Position numbers and translations under genes: made by a program
DNA from: Gemmatimonadota bacterium
GTDB lineage: Bacteria > Gemmatimonadota > Gemmatimonadetes > Palauibacterales > Palauibacteraceae
NCBI GenBank assembly: GCA_039588275.1
Contig: JBDHAC010000027.1
Span: 1-64,000 of the forward strand
Direction of reading: 5' to 3'
Length of the DNA: 64,000 bases
In this document: in pieces, positions 8,893 to 17,811 of the stretch
Layout of the letters: every line of letters starts with the position of its first letter
Position numbering within the stretch: position 1 is the first letter of the stretch
Notes under the pieces: generated by a model
Databases searched by the model: none
Told to the model about the DNA's origin: nothing
The model's input: the letters and a program-made list of their open reading frames with translations, nothing else

Positions 8893-10092
8893 CTACTGGA
8901 TGGCGTTCACCAGACCGAAGATCGGCAGGTACATGGCCACGATCATCCCACCGACGACCGTGCCCAGGATCACGATCAGGGCCGGCTCCAGCACCTTGAG
9001 TAGATTCTCGACGGCCACGTCGACCTCGTCGTCGTAGAAGTCGGCGATCTTAGACAGCATGCCGTCGAGGTCACCCGTCTCCTCACCCACATGGATCATC
9101 TGGGTGACCATGGGCGGAAAGACCTCGGTCTCCTTCAGCGGCTCCGCGATCGACTTACCCCCCGCGATGGCCGTGCGGCTTTCCATGACCGCGTCATGGA
9201 TCACCCGGTTACCCGCCGTGCGAGCCGTGATCTCGAGGCCGTCCAGAATCGTCACACCGGACGCCAGCATGGTCCCGAGCGTGCGCGTAAACCGAGCGAT
9301 GGCCGCCTTCCGCACGAGCGGTCCGAGCACGGGCATCCGTAGCATGATCCGGTCGAATCGCAACCGGCCACCGGTCGTGCCGACCCAGCGCCGGAACACC
9401 AACACGCCGACCACGATAGCGGCGCCCATCACCCACCAGTACGACTGGAGGATCGCCGACATCCCGATCACGATCCGGGTCGGGAGCGGCAGCTGCTGGT
9501 TGAAGCTAGCGAACACCGACTCGAACGTGGGAATCACGAACAGGAGCAGGATCGCGATGGCGATCACCGCCACACCCAGCACCACGGCCGGGTAAACCAT
9601 CGCGCCTTTCACCTTGCGCGCGAGCGACTCGCTCTTCTCGAGGAAGGTGGCCAGGCGCAGCAGAATCGTGTCGAGGAGGCCGCCGGACTCACCGGCCGCG
9701 ACCATGTTCACGTAAAGTGCGGAGAAGATCTTGGGGTGCTGGCTCATCGCGTCCGCCAGCGTGTTCCCGGCCTCAACGTCGTAGAGGGTGTCCTGGACGG
9801 CCTTCTTGAGCACCGCGTTCTCGGTCTGACGGGCCAGGATATCGAGCGCCTGGACCAGGGGAAGACCCGCGTTGATCATCGTCGCGAACTGACGGGTGAA
9901 GATCACGACTTCGCGCGACTTCACCTTCTTTCGCTGCGCGAGTGAGATGTCCTTCGGTTTCTCCCGCACCGAGACGGGGATCAGCTTCTGACGGCGCAGG
10001 TACGCGATGACGTGGTCTTTGCTCGGAAGGTCGATCTCGGAACGGCGAATGTCGCCGCCGACGGTCCGAGCGCTATAGGTCCAGACCGGCAT
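8893..10092 (-). CDS. pilC: Type IV pilus inner-membrane platform protein (GspF family)
   Basis: FTRQFATMINAGLPL, AGESGGLLD, GEETGDLD, IVAMYLPIF. Confidence 0.95.
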   Translation of the reverse strand: MPVWTYSARTVGGDIRRSEIDLPSKDHVIAYLRRQKLIPVSVREKPKDISLAQRKKVKSREVVIFTRQFATMINAGLPLVQALDILARQTENAVLKKAVQDTLYDVEAGNTLADAMSQHPKIFSALYVNMVAAGESGGLLDTILLRLATFLEKSESLARKVKGAMVYPAVVLGVAVIAIAILLLFVIPTFESVFASFNQQLPLPTRIVIGMSAILQSYWWVMGAAIVVGVLVFRRWVGTTGGRLRFDRIMLRMPVLGPLVRKAAIARFTRTLGTMLASGVTILDGLEITARTAGNRVIHDAVMESRTAIAGGKSIAEPLKETEVFPPMVTQMIHVGEETGDLDGMLSKIADFYDDEVDVAVENLLKVLEPALIVILGTVVGGMIVAMYLPIFGLVNAIQ

Positions 10093-10280
10093 CAGGTTTC
10101 TCCAGGGATCTGTCGTCTTGGCCGCACCGCCCTGTATGAGCGGCTCGCTTCACCGTCAGTCTCTTACACAAAGGTCGACCGGCCGCTGGCCCCCGCATCT
10201 TCCACCCATCGTCCGCCGGCGGCCGGTCTTTGGACCTCGATTTCCGTTTCGTTGTCCCTCGTACAGCCACTGCGTTGGTC

Positions 10281-10296
10281 GCAATCACGGTGCCCA
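10281..10296 (-). promoter_or_regulatory. sigma54 promoter upstream of pilC
   Basis: Minus strand TGGGCAC-CGTGA-TTGC (GG-N10-GC). Confidence 0.7.
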
Positions 10297-10323
10297 CCAC
10301 GCTCGTGTCGGTCAAACCACACC

Positions 10324-10348
10324 CAAGCCCTTGCAACGATTCATGTTA
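10324..10348. promoter_or_regulatory. 25-bp IHF-like box (copy 3)
   Basis: CAAgcccTTgcaacgattcaTGTTA. Confidence 0.55.
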
Positions 10349-10470
10349 CGAGAGCAGACAGCCCGTCGAGCCGTGCGAGTCGTGCAACAATCGCCCAACT
10401 CGCGAATCGCGACGGGTCGGCGCGTTTCGCCCGCCGGCCTTGGGCAATCGGGGCGCACAGTGGATGGGCC

Positions 10471-11565
10471 TCAGCTCGCCGCCGCCACCGGCGCTCCCAC
10501 CATCCGTTTCAGCTCTGCGGGGTCGGAGCTCACCCGCAGACATTCCTCGAGCGCCACTTCGCGCTGCACGTACAGCTGGTAGAGCGCGTCATTGAGCGTC
10601 TGCATACCGAACTTCTTCCCGGCCTGCATCGCCGAGTAGATCTGGTGCACCTTTTCCTCGCGGATGAGCGCCCGGATCGCGGGTGTCGCGACGAGGATCT
10701 CGCACGCCATGGACCGCCCGCTGCCGCTTGCTCTCGGGAGCAGCGTCTGGGTGACGACGCCCTCGAGCACGAACGCGAGCTGCGCCCGCACCTGCTCCTG
10801 CTGGTGCGCGGGGAACACGTCGATCACGCGGTTGATGGACTCGGCCGCGGAGTTCGTATGTAGCGTCGCGAACGCCAGGTGCCCCGTCTCGGAGACCGTC
10901 AGCGCGGCCTGGATCGTCTCGAGGTCGCGCATCTCTCCGATCAGGATCACATCGGGGTCCTGCCTCAGCACGTACTTGAGGGCGTTGGGGAAGCTCTTGG
11001 TATCGCTCCCCACCTCGCGCTGGTTGATGATGCACTTCTTGTGGAAGTGCACGAACTCGATCGGGTCCTCGATCGTCATGATGTGAGCCGAGCGCTCGTT
11101 GTTGATCTTGTCGATCATCGCTGCGAGCGTCGTCGATTTCCCGGAGCCCGTCGGTCCGGTCAGCAGCACGAGGCCGCGTGGCTTCTCGGCCAGCTTCTGG
11201 ACGATCGGAGGCAGGCCGAGCTCCCGGAATCCCTTGATCTCGAACGGGATCTGCCGGATCGCGCAGCCGATGCTACCGCGCTGTTTGAACACGTTCGCGC
11301 GGAAGCGGGACACGTTCTCGATCGAGAAGCTGAAGTCGAGCTCGTCCTCTTGCTCGAAGCGCTTCTTCTGCTGCTCGGTCAGGACGGAGTAGGCCAGCGA
11401 CATCGTGTCCTTGGGTCGGAGTATCGTGTCCACCCCCGCGTCCACGAGTCGACCGTCGATCCTGAACTTCGGCCGCTCTCCGACCGTCAGATGGAGGTCG
11501 GACGCATCCCGCCGGATCATGTCATCCAGCAGCGCGCGCAGGCTTACGGACGTTCCCTCTTCCAT
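10471..11565 (-). CDS. pilT: Pilus retraction ATPase
   Basis: ASDLHL, GPTGSGKST, TIEDPIE, LRQDPD, GHL..TLHTN, AIRALIRE. Confidence 0.95.
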   Translation of the reverse strand: MEEGTSVSLRALLDDMIRRDASDLHLTVGERPKFRIDGRLVDAGVDTILRPKDTMSLAYSVLTEQQKKRFEQEDELDFSFSIENVSRFRANVFKQRGSIGCAIRQIPFEIKGFRELGLPPIVQKLAEKPRGLVLLTGPTGSGKSTTLAAMIDKINNERSAHIMTIEDPIEFVHFHKKCIINQREVGSDTKSFPNALKYVLRQDPDVILIGEMRDLETIQAALTVSETGHLAFATLHTNSAAESINRVIDVFPAHQQEQVRAQLAFVLEGVVTQTLLPRASGSGRSMACEILVATPAIRALIREEKVHQIYSAMQAGKKFGMQTLNDALYQLYVQREVALEECLRVSSDPAELKRMVGAPVAAAS

Positions 11566-11605
11566 TTGGGTCCTCTGGTTCCCGTGAGCTCGTCTGGCAC
11601 CCCGA

Positions 11606-13348
11606 CTAGAGCGCCGTCTCCTTGAGTACCTCGTCCAGCGTCGTGATCCCCCGCTTCACCTTGATCAACCCATCCTTACGGAGCGTGATCATCCCATCTC
11701 GAATGGCTTGTTCCTTCAACTCGTCCGAAGAGCTGCCCTGCAAGACCATGCGCCGCACCGTCGGGGACATCGACATCACCTCGTACAGGCCCTGACGTCC
11801 CGCATAGCCCGAGCCCCCGCATGCGTCGCACCCCTCTCCACGGTAGAAGGCGTATTCGCTCAGCTCGTGCTCGGGGATTCCTGCCGCTCGGATGATCTCG
11901 GGGAGGTACGTCGCCTCGGCTTTGCAATTGAGGCAAATGCGGCGAACGAGTCGCTGCGCCGTGATCAGATTGACGGCCGCAGCCACGTTGAACGCCTCGA
12001 TGCCCATGTCGATCATCCGCGTGATCGTGGATGCCGCGTCGTTCGTGTGGAGGGTCGAGAGCACGAGGTGCCCGGTGAGGGCGGCTTTGACCGCGATCCC
12101 GCCCGTCTCCAGATCCCGGATCTCGCCGACCATGATGATGTTCGGGTCCTGGCGCAGGAACGCGCGCAGACACGAGGCGAACGTCAGCCCGATCTGTGGT
12201 CGGACCTGGACCTGGTTGACGCCCCGCAGATTGTACTCGACCGGATCCTCGGCGGTCATGATGTTGACCTCGTCCGTGTTGATCCGGTTGAGAGCGCTGT
12301 ACAGCGTCGTCGTTTTACCCGAACCCGTGGGACCGGTCACCAGGACCATCCCGTACGGGTTCGAGATCGCATTCAGGAACGCCTGCTCCGCGACCGGCTC
12401 CATCCCGAACGCCTCCAGGTCTAGCTGGAGCGTTCCCTTGTCCAGGATTCGGAGCACGATCTTCTCGCCGAACAGGGTCGGGAGCGTCGACACACGAAAG
12501 TCGATCACGCGCTTCCCGATCTTCATCTTGATCCGACCGTCCTGCGGGACCCGGCGTTCGGCGATGTTGAGATCCGCGAGGATCTTGAGGCGCGAGGTCA
12601 GGGCGGCCGTCATGCGCCGGGGCGGCTGCATGATCTCTTGCAGCGCCCCATCTACCCGGTAGCGTACCCTGAGCTCGTGCTCGTACGGCTCGACGTGGAT
12701 ATCCGAGGCGCCCCTGCGCAACGCGTCGCTGAGAATCCCGTTGATGAGCTTGACGATCGGTTCCTCTTCCACCTGCTCCCGCAGGAGCGCGGTGGAATAC
12801 TCCTCGTCGGAGTCCTCCGAGACGACCTCGACGTCCTGCTCCTCGAGCTCCTCGAGGAGCGAGCCGAGTTGCTCGCTCACGACCTCGTAATGTTTATCGA
12901 TCATCTTTCGCAGCGAGTACTCACCCGCCACGACCGGCTCGATGTCGAACCGCGTGATGAACTTCAAATCGTCGACGACGTTGAGGTCGGTGGGGTCGGC
13001 CATCGCCACGGTCAGCGTCCGTCCGACGCGCCGTAGAGGCAAAACGAAGTGCTTGTTTGCAAAATCCGCTGGGATGAGATTCAGGATCTTCGCGTCGACT
13101 TCCACCTGCGATAGGTCGACGGCCGGGACCCCGAACTGCTGGCCGTAGATCCGCGTCAGGTCGTTCTCGCTGAACAGACCGAGCGAGACCAGGCACATCC
13201 CGAGACGCGCCCCGGTCTCCCGTTGTTCCGCCATTGCCTTCTCGATGGCCTCCAGCGAGATGAGGCCGTTGTCGAGCAGGTGCTGCGCGACTTTCCGCTC
13301 GGTCGCGGACATGTCCTTCGTGTCGAGAGGCTTTGTCTCGAGCGTCAT
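11606..13348 (-). CDS. pilB: Pilus assembly ATPase
   Basis: N-terminal RLG..L motif, ASDIHVEP, GPTGSGKT, CxxC..CxxC zinc motif. Start set at MTLETKP (13348). Confidence 0.95.
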   Translation of the reverse strand: MTLETKPLDTKDMSATERKVAQHLLDNGLISLEAIEKAMAEQRETGARLGMCLVSLGLFSENDLTRIYGQQFGVPAVDLSQVEVDAKILNLIPADFANKHFVLPLRRVGRTLTVAMADPTDLNVVDDLKFITRFDIEPVVAGEYSLRKMIDKHYEVVSEQLGSLLEELEEQDVEVVSEDSDEEYSTALLREQVEEEPIVKLINGILSDALRRGASDIHVEPYEHELRVRYRVDGALQEIMQPPRRMTAALTSRLKILADLNIAERRVPQDGRIKMKIGKRVIDFRVSTLPTLFGEKIVLRILDKGTLQLDLEAFGMEPVAEQAFLNAISNPYGMVLVTGPTGSGKTTTLYSALNRINTDEVNIMTAEDPVEYNLRGVNQVQVRPQIGLTFASCLRAFLRQDPNIIMVGEIRDLETGGIAVKAALTGHLVLSTLHTNDAASTITRMIDMGIEAFNVAAAVNLITAQRLVRRICLNCKAEATYLPEIIRAAGIPEHELSEYAFYRGEGCDACGGSGYAGRQGLYEVMSMSPTVRRMVLQGSSSDELKEQAIRDGMITLRKDGLIKVKRGITTLDEVLKETAL

Positions 13349-13533
13349 TCGCGCTCTGCCTTCACACTCGTAGAACCTCGATTCGACGGCCGAATGCACG
13401 TCACCGTGGGTCGGGATTCTCAAGAAGCATGCCTCCCACGGAGGTGCCGAGCGCTCGGTTTGGCAGCCGTTTACGCGCTTCCCAGATCGCGCTGACACCG
13501 GCGGGCCGGTCCGGTCCGGGGGGACGAGAGAGG

Positions 13534-14214
13534 TCAGTCGCTGGAGAAGCAGACACGATTCCGAAGCCGCTCGAGGAGGCGAGGGCCGATTCCGGACACC
13601 CCGAGGAGCGCCTCCGGGCCGGCGAAGGCCTCCGTGGCCATCCGACTTCGCACGATTCGATGGGCCAGCACGGAGCCGATGCCGGGGAGAGCTCGGAGCT
13701 CCGCCTCGGTGGCGGTGTTCACGTCCACGCGATTGTCCGCTCCGCACCCGCTGGCGAGTGGAGTATTCGGCCTGTCGTCGGGCCCGCCGGCTCGTCCCTC
13801 GACGGTCAGGAATGGGGCGATGCGGGCGTAGGTCGCCGGTCCGATCCCCGGCACGCGGAGGAGCGCCTCCGGGTCGTCGAACGCGCCGCGGGCTCGCTCC
13901 TCCAGAATCGCGCGCGCGCGCGCTGGTCCGATCCCCGGAAGTCGCCGAAGCTCTTCCTCGGGCGCACGGTTCGGATCGAGTCTCTCGCCGGCGGCGAGCG
14001 GAGTGAAGGCTCGTGCCTCTCGCCGGAGCGCGGCCTCAACACCCTCCTTCGGCATGGCCCCGGCCGCGTCGTCGCGGCGCGACCCAGGGGATTCGGCGAC
14101 CCAGGACACGTCGCCCCGACCCGGTCCGCTCGCCAGTCGGCCCAGAGCCGAGAGGCCGATCAGGCCGGCCGCCAGCAGGAGCGCCTTCCTCTCGGTTCGA
14201 TTGAAGTCCCACAC
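13534..14214 (-). CDS. comEA: ComEA family helix-hairpin-helix DNA-binding protein
   Basis: N-terminal TM after FNRTERKALL; two modules D(P/V)N.A...EL..LPGIG...GIGP. Confidence 0.85.
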   Translation of the reverse strand: MWDFNRTERKALLLAAGLIGLSALGRLASGPGRGDVSWVAESPGSRRDDAAGAMPKEGVEAALRREARAFTPLAAGERLDPNRAPEEELRRLPGIGPARARAILEERARGAFDDPEALLRVPGIGPATYARIAPFLTVEGRAGGPDDRPNTPLASGCGADNRVDVNTATEAELRALPGIGSVLAHRIVRSRMATEAFAGPEALLGVSGIGPRLLERLRNRVCFSSD

Positions 14215-14341
14215 TCGTACCTCCGGTCGAAGGCTGACCGGCCACTCTCAAGCGCATCTCAAAGCATGTCTTCCGTTTCGGAGTGGACGCGGTATACTGG
14301 CTGTCCACCTCCTTCACGTGTGCGCAGGCCCGCGAGAGACG

Positions 14342-14962
14342 ATGCCCGAGACGCCGGTCTTCTATCTGCTTCGTCACGGTGAGACGGACGCGAACGTTGC
14401 CCGCCGCTTCGCGGGATGGAGCGACGATCATCTGAACGATCGTGGACGCCAGCAGTGCGTCGACCTCGCTGACCGACTCGCCGGCGAAGGGATCGAGGCC
14501 GTCTACACGAGCCCGGTTCGGCGAGCGGTCGAGACTGCGGAGATCCTCGCGGGCCAACTAGGTGCGAGAGTGCGGACCGTGCACGACCTGCGCGAGATCG
14601 ACGTCGGGCCGTGGAAGGGCCTCACGGAGGATGAGGTGGTCGCCGCGTGGCCGACCGAGTACGCGGCCTGGCGAGACGCGCCGCATCGACTCCAGTTGAG
14701 TGGCAGAGAGGCGCTCTCTGACGTGCAGGGACGCGCGCTAGAAGCGCTCGACCAGATGGCGCACGCGCGGCTCTCCGCCTCCGAGGCTCCTGTCCTCGTG
14801 GTCAGTCATCTGGCAGCCCTGCGGGTGCTTTGGCTCGCGGCAACCGGTCGCGCGCTCGCGGAATATCAGGATGTGGCCGCCCCGCACTGCGAGGTGCTGC
14901 CGGTTCGGTGGCTGGGTCGTGGAACGATCGAGCCGGGCAACATGCGCGGCCCGGCACCTTAG
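14342..14962 (+). CDS. Histidine phosphatase family protein
   Basis: LLRHGET, YTSPVRRA.ETA, LREID.G.W.G, VSH. Confidence 0.9.
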   Translation: MPETPVFYLLRHGETDANVARRFAGWSDDHLNDRGRQQCVDLADRLAGEGIEAVYTSPVRRAVETAEILAGQLGARVRTVHDLREIDVGPWKGLTEDEVVAAWPTEYAAWRDAPHRLQLSGREALSDVQGRALEALDQMAHARLSASEAPVLVVSHLAALRVLWLAATGRALAEYQDVAAPHCEVLPVRWLGRGTIEPGNMRGPAP

Positions 14963-14982
14963 CGGACTTCCGGAAACCGTCT

Positions 14983-15660
14983 CTAGAAGACGAACGTGAT
15001 CTCGGCCCACCCGGCGACGGGTCTCCCGTTGCGCCGCGCGGGGCGGTACTCCATGCGGCGCACGCGCTCCACGATCTCACGGTTGAACCCGCGGTGTGGA
15101 GTCGGAGGATCCAGCTCGACCTCGCCGGTGGGCCGTCCCCATTCGTCCACGAACACGCGAACCGTTACCTCCAAGCCGCGCACTGCGTCGGGTGGGTCCC
15201 AATGCGGCACGATCGAGCGGGGAATGGGTGACGTGTAGTCGCCGCCGGAGCCGGATCCGGAGCCGTCAGCCTCTCCGGGCCCGAGGAGCCCGGTGCCCAA
15301 CCCCGGCATCCCGGCGTTTGCGATCGGCTCGAGCGCCAGGCCCTGAAGGACGATGGGAGGCTGATCGTACTCGACGACCGGGGCATCGATGACCAGCCTC
15401 GGGGTGGGGGGCGGCGGGATTTCGACCGGTGGGGCAAGCGGCAGCTCGAGGGCGTGCATGGAACCGCCGCCGGGAGCGACCGCGTACGCTCTCTGCGCGA
15501 TGGGCCCCAGCTCGACGAGCGGGACGCCTCCGCGCCACATGAGGAAGACGGCGAAGTGCACGGCTGTCGACAACAGCATCGCCGTTGCCCAGACCGGACG
15601 TGCGCGCCTCGAGGATCTCACCGACGCGAGTGGGGTCGGTGTCGATCTGCTTTCGTCCAT
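14983..15660 (-). CDS. TonB-like protein
   Basis: TM with SxxxH (STAVH), Pro-rich linker, C-terminal VRVFVDEWG...YRPARRNGRPV TonB_C-like domain. Confidence 0.75.
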   Translation of the reverse strand: MDESRSTPTPLASVRSSRRARPVWATAMLLSTAVHFAVFLMWRGGVPLVELGPIAQRAYAVAPGGGSMHALELPLAPPVEIPPPPTPRLVIDAPVVEYDQPPIVLQGLALEPIANAGMPGLGTGLLGPGEADGSGSGSGGDYTSPIPRSIVPHWDPPDAVRGLEVTVRVFVDEWGRPTGEVELDPPTPHRGFNREIVERVRRMEYRPARRNGRPVAGWAEITFVF

Positions 15661-15915
15661 GCCTTCGCTTGCCCGTCTTCCCGGTCCCGGTTCTCCGCGA
15701 GTGGGTGACCCCCCGCAGCCCCCGTCACCGGAGCTCGCACACGGTCGAGGTACCCTCGATCGGCCCGTATCCACTCCATCGTACGACCCTCGAGGGAAGG
15801 GTGTTCCCCCGCTTGCCGCACCTCCACTCGCCCGAACACATTACGCGACCTGCGCCACGCGCTGCGCGCCGCGGAGCCATTCGGACGCCACGGAGAGGAG
15901 CTGACCGCAAGAGGC

Positions 15916-16947
15916 ATGAAAGCGATCGTCAAGCCGGACTCTGCCCCCGGACTCGTGGTGACCGACGTCCCCGAGCCGGAAATCCGCTCCGATGAAGTCC
16001 TCATCGGCGTACGGCGGGCGGGGATCTGCGGAACGGACCTGCATATCTATCAGTGGGACGAGTGGTCCCAGAGCCGGATCAAGCCTCCACTCGTACTCGG
16101 ACACGAGTTCATGGGAGAGGTCGTCGAGGTCGGGTCGCTGGTCACGAACGTCAAGGTGGGTGATCGAGTTTCGTCCGAATGCCACCTGGCCTGCGGCCAT
16201 TGCGAGTTGTGCAGGACGGGCAACGCGCATGTGTGTCGCGAGATCGCGATCGTGGGGATCGACCGGGCTGGGGCCTTCGCGCAGTTCGTGGCGGTCCCGG
16301 CGACCAACATCATCCCCATTCCCGCCTCGATATCGGACGATCACGCGGCCCTGTTCGACCCGCTCGGGAACGCATTCCACACCGTGCTCCACTCGGAGGT
16401 GGCCGGGCGGATCGTGACCGTGATCGGTTGCGGGCCGATCGGGTTGTTCGCCGTGGGAATCGCGAAGGCCGCGGGCGCGGCCACGGTCGTGGCCGTCGAG
16501 CCGCACGACGAGCGACGCACGCTGGCGGAGCGTATGGGAGCGGATCGCTGCCTGAACCCCCTCGCGGACGACATCGAGGCGGTCGTTGCCGACCTCTCCC
16601 GCGGGTATGGTTCGGATGTAGTGTGCGAAATGAGCGGACACCCCGACGGAGTGCGCACCGCCTTCCGAGTCTGTCGCAACGCGGGACACGTCCAACTCCT
16701 GGGGCTTCCGCGCGGCTCGATCGACATCAACCTGGCGCGCGACGTGATCTTCAAGGGGCTGCACGCGTACGGGGTGGTCGGGCGTCTGATGTACGAGACG
16801 TGGATCGAGATGAGGAACTTCCTCGCGGCAGGACTCCTGGACATCGAGCCCGTTATCACGCACCGCCTGCCCCTCGATCGGTTCGAAGAGGGGATCCGGG
16901 CGATGGAGAGCGGCGACGCCGCCAAGGTCGTGCTTTCGCTGGACTGA
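15916..16947 (+). CDS. tdh: L-threonine 3-dehydrogenase
   Basis: GICGTDLHIYQWDEWS, GHE, C..C..C Zn site, DPLGNAFHT; next to kbl. Confidence 0.95.
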   Translation: MKAIVKPDSAPGLVVTDVPEPEIRSDEVLIGVRRAGICGTDLHIYQWDEWSQSRIKPPLVLGHEFMGEVVEVGSLVTNVKVGDRVSSECHLACGHCELCRTGNAHVCREIAIVGIDRAGAFAQFVAVPATNIIPIPASISDDHAALFDPLGNAFHTVLHSEVAGRIVTVIGCGPIGLFAVGIAKAAGAATVVAVEPHDERRTLAERMGADRCLNPLADDIEAVVADLSRGYGSDVVCEMSGHPDGVRTAFRVCRNAGHVQLLGLPRGSIDINLARDVIFKGLHAYGVVGRLMYETWIEMRNFLAAGLLDIEPVITHRLPLDRFEEGIRAMESGDAAKVVLSLD

Positions 16948-16979
16948 GCTGGTCGTTCGAGAAGGCGAGGGGTCTGCAC

Positions 16980-17669
16980 GTGCGTCGCGTGAGTCGAAGA
17001 CACCGACCCGAGCGGGCCGCCGGGCTCACGCTCCTGGCCGCTTTGACTGCCGCTGCGTGCTGGCGGACAGGTGAACCGACGCCGGGCCCGGCCCTCGTCA
17101 CCTGGGCGGCTTATCCCGAGAGCGTTCGTGTGGGCGAGCTGTTCTCGTTCGAGTTCGCCGGACCCATCTCGCTCACGGCGTGCGGTCGGTTGGACTCCGC
17201 GTATCTGGAGGTCTCCGACGAAGCGATTCGGCTGTCGGCCGCCCGGAGCACCTTCCGCGCGGTGTGCGCGCCACAGAGGGTGAGCTTCTACGAGGCCCGG
17301 CCGATTCGCATCGAACGACCGGGTCGATACGCGGTGCGCACCGGCGAGGGTTTACACTTGGGGACGCTGGTCGCGACGGCGGGGGGATCCTTCTCTCGCA
17401 TGCGCGCGGCCGGTGAAGGAACCGTGAGGAGCGTGGCCGGGTGCTGGCTCTTCGGCCCAGGGTGGGCCGCCAATCAGAGGCCGTTCGCCCTCCTCGGAGC
17501 TCCGGACGAGGTCCGAGAGCAGGCCGGCACCGATCGGGTCGTGCACGTCGAGGGCACGCTCCTGGGCTTCACGTTGTGCGGGTGGTACGGCTCGCGGCCC
17601 AGTATTCGGGTGGACACGGCCTGGGTCACGGAGAGAACGAGCCTGCATTACTACCGCGAGAATTCTTAG
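16980..17669 (+). CDS. Putative lipoprotein
   Basis: Basic N-terminus, hydrophobic stretch, lipobox-like TAAAC; several Cys. Start uncertain (GTG 16980 or 16989). Confidence 0.6.
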   Translation: MRRVSRRHRPERAAGLTLLAALTAAACWRTGEPTPGPALVTWAAYPESVRVGELFSFEFAGPISLTACGRLDSAYLEVSDEAIRLSAARSTFRAVCAPQRVSFYEARPIRIERPGRYAVRTGEGLHLGTLVATAGGSFSRMRAAGEGTVRSVAGCWLFGPGWAANQRPFALLGAPDEVREQAGTDRVVHVEGTLLGFTLCGWYGSRPSIRVDTAWVTERTSLHYYRENS

Positions 17670-17811
17670 TTAGGGCAAGATCCCCGCGAGCGTCTGAGCG
17701 GCCTGCGGGGCTCGAAGCGTTGCCGCAGCCTTCGCGTGCCGGGCGTTGACCCGCCGGTGGGCGAGGGGGTAACCGGGAGAGAATGCGATGACATTATATG
17801 AGGAGACCGAT

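Noticed and set aside
10383..10397. Second sigma54 promoter upstream of pilC
   Set aside because: GG-to-GC spacing is 9 nt, not the required 10
13349..13747. Long N-terminal extensions in the ORF track (pilB; also pilS, copA, ccmA, methylase, gyrA)
   Set aside because: They overlap neighbouring genes or promoters; downstream starts match family N-termini
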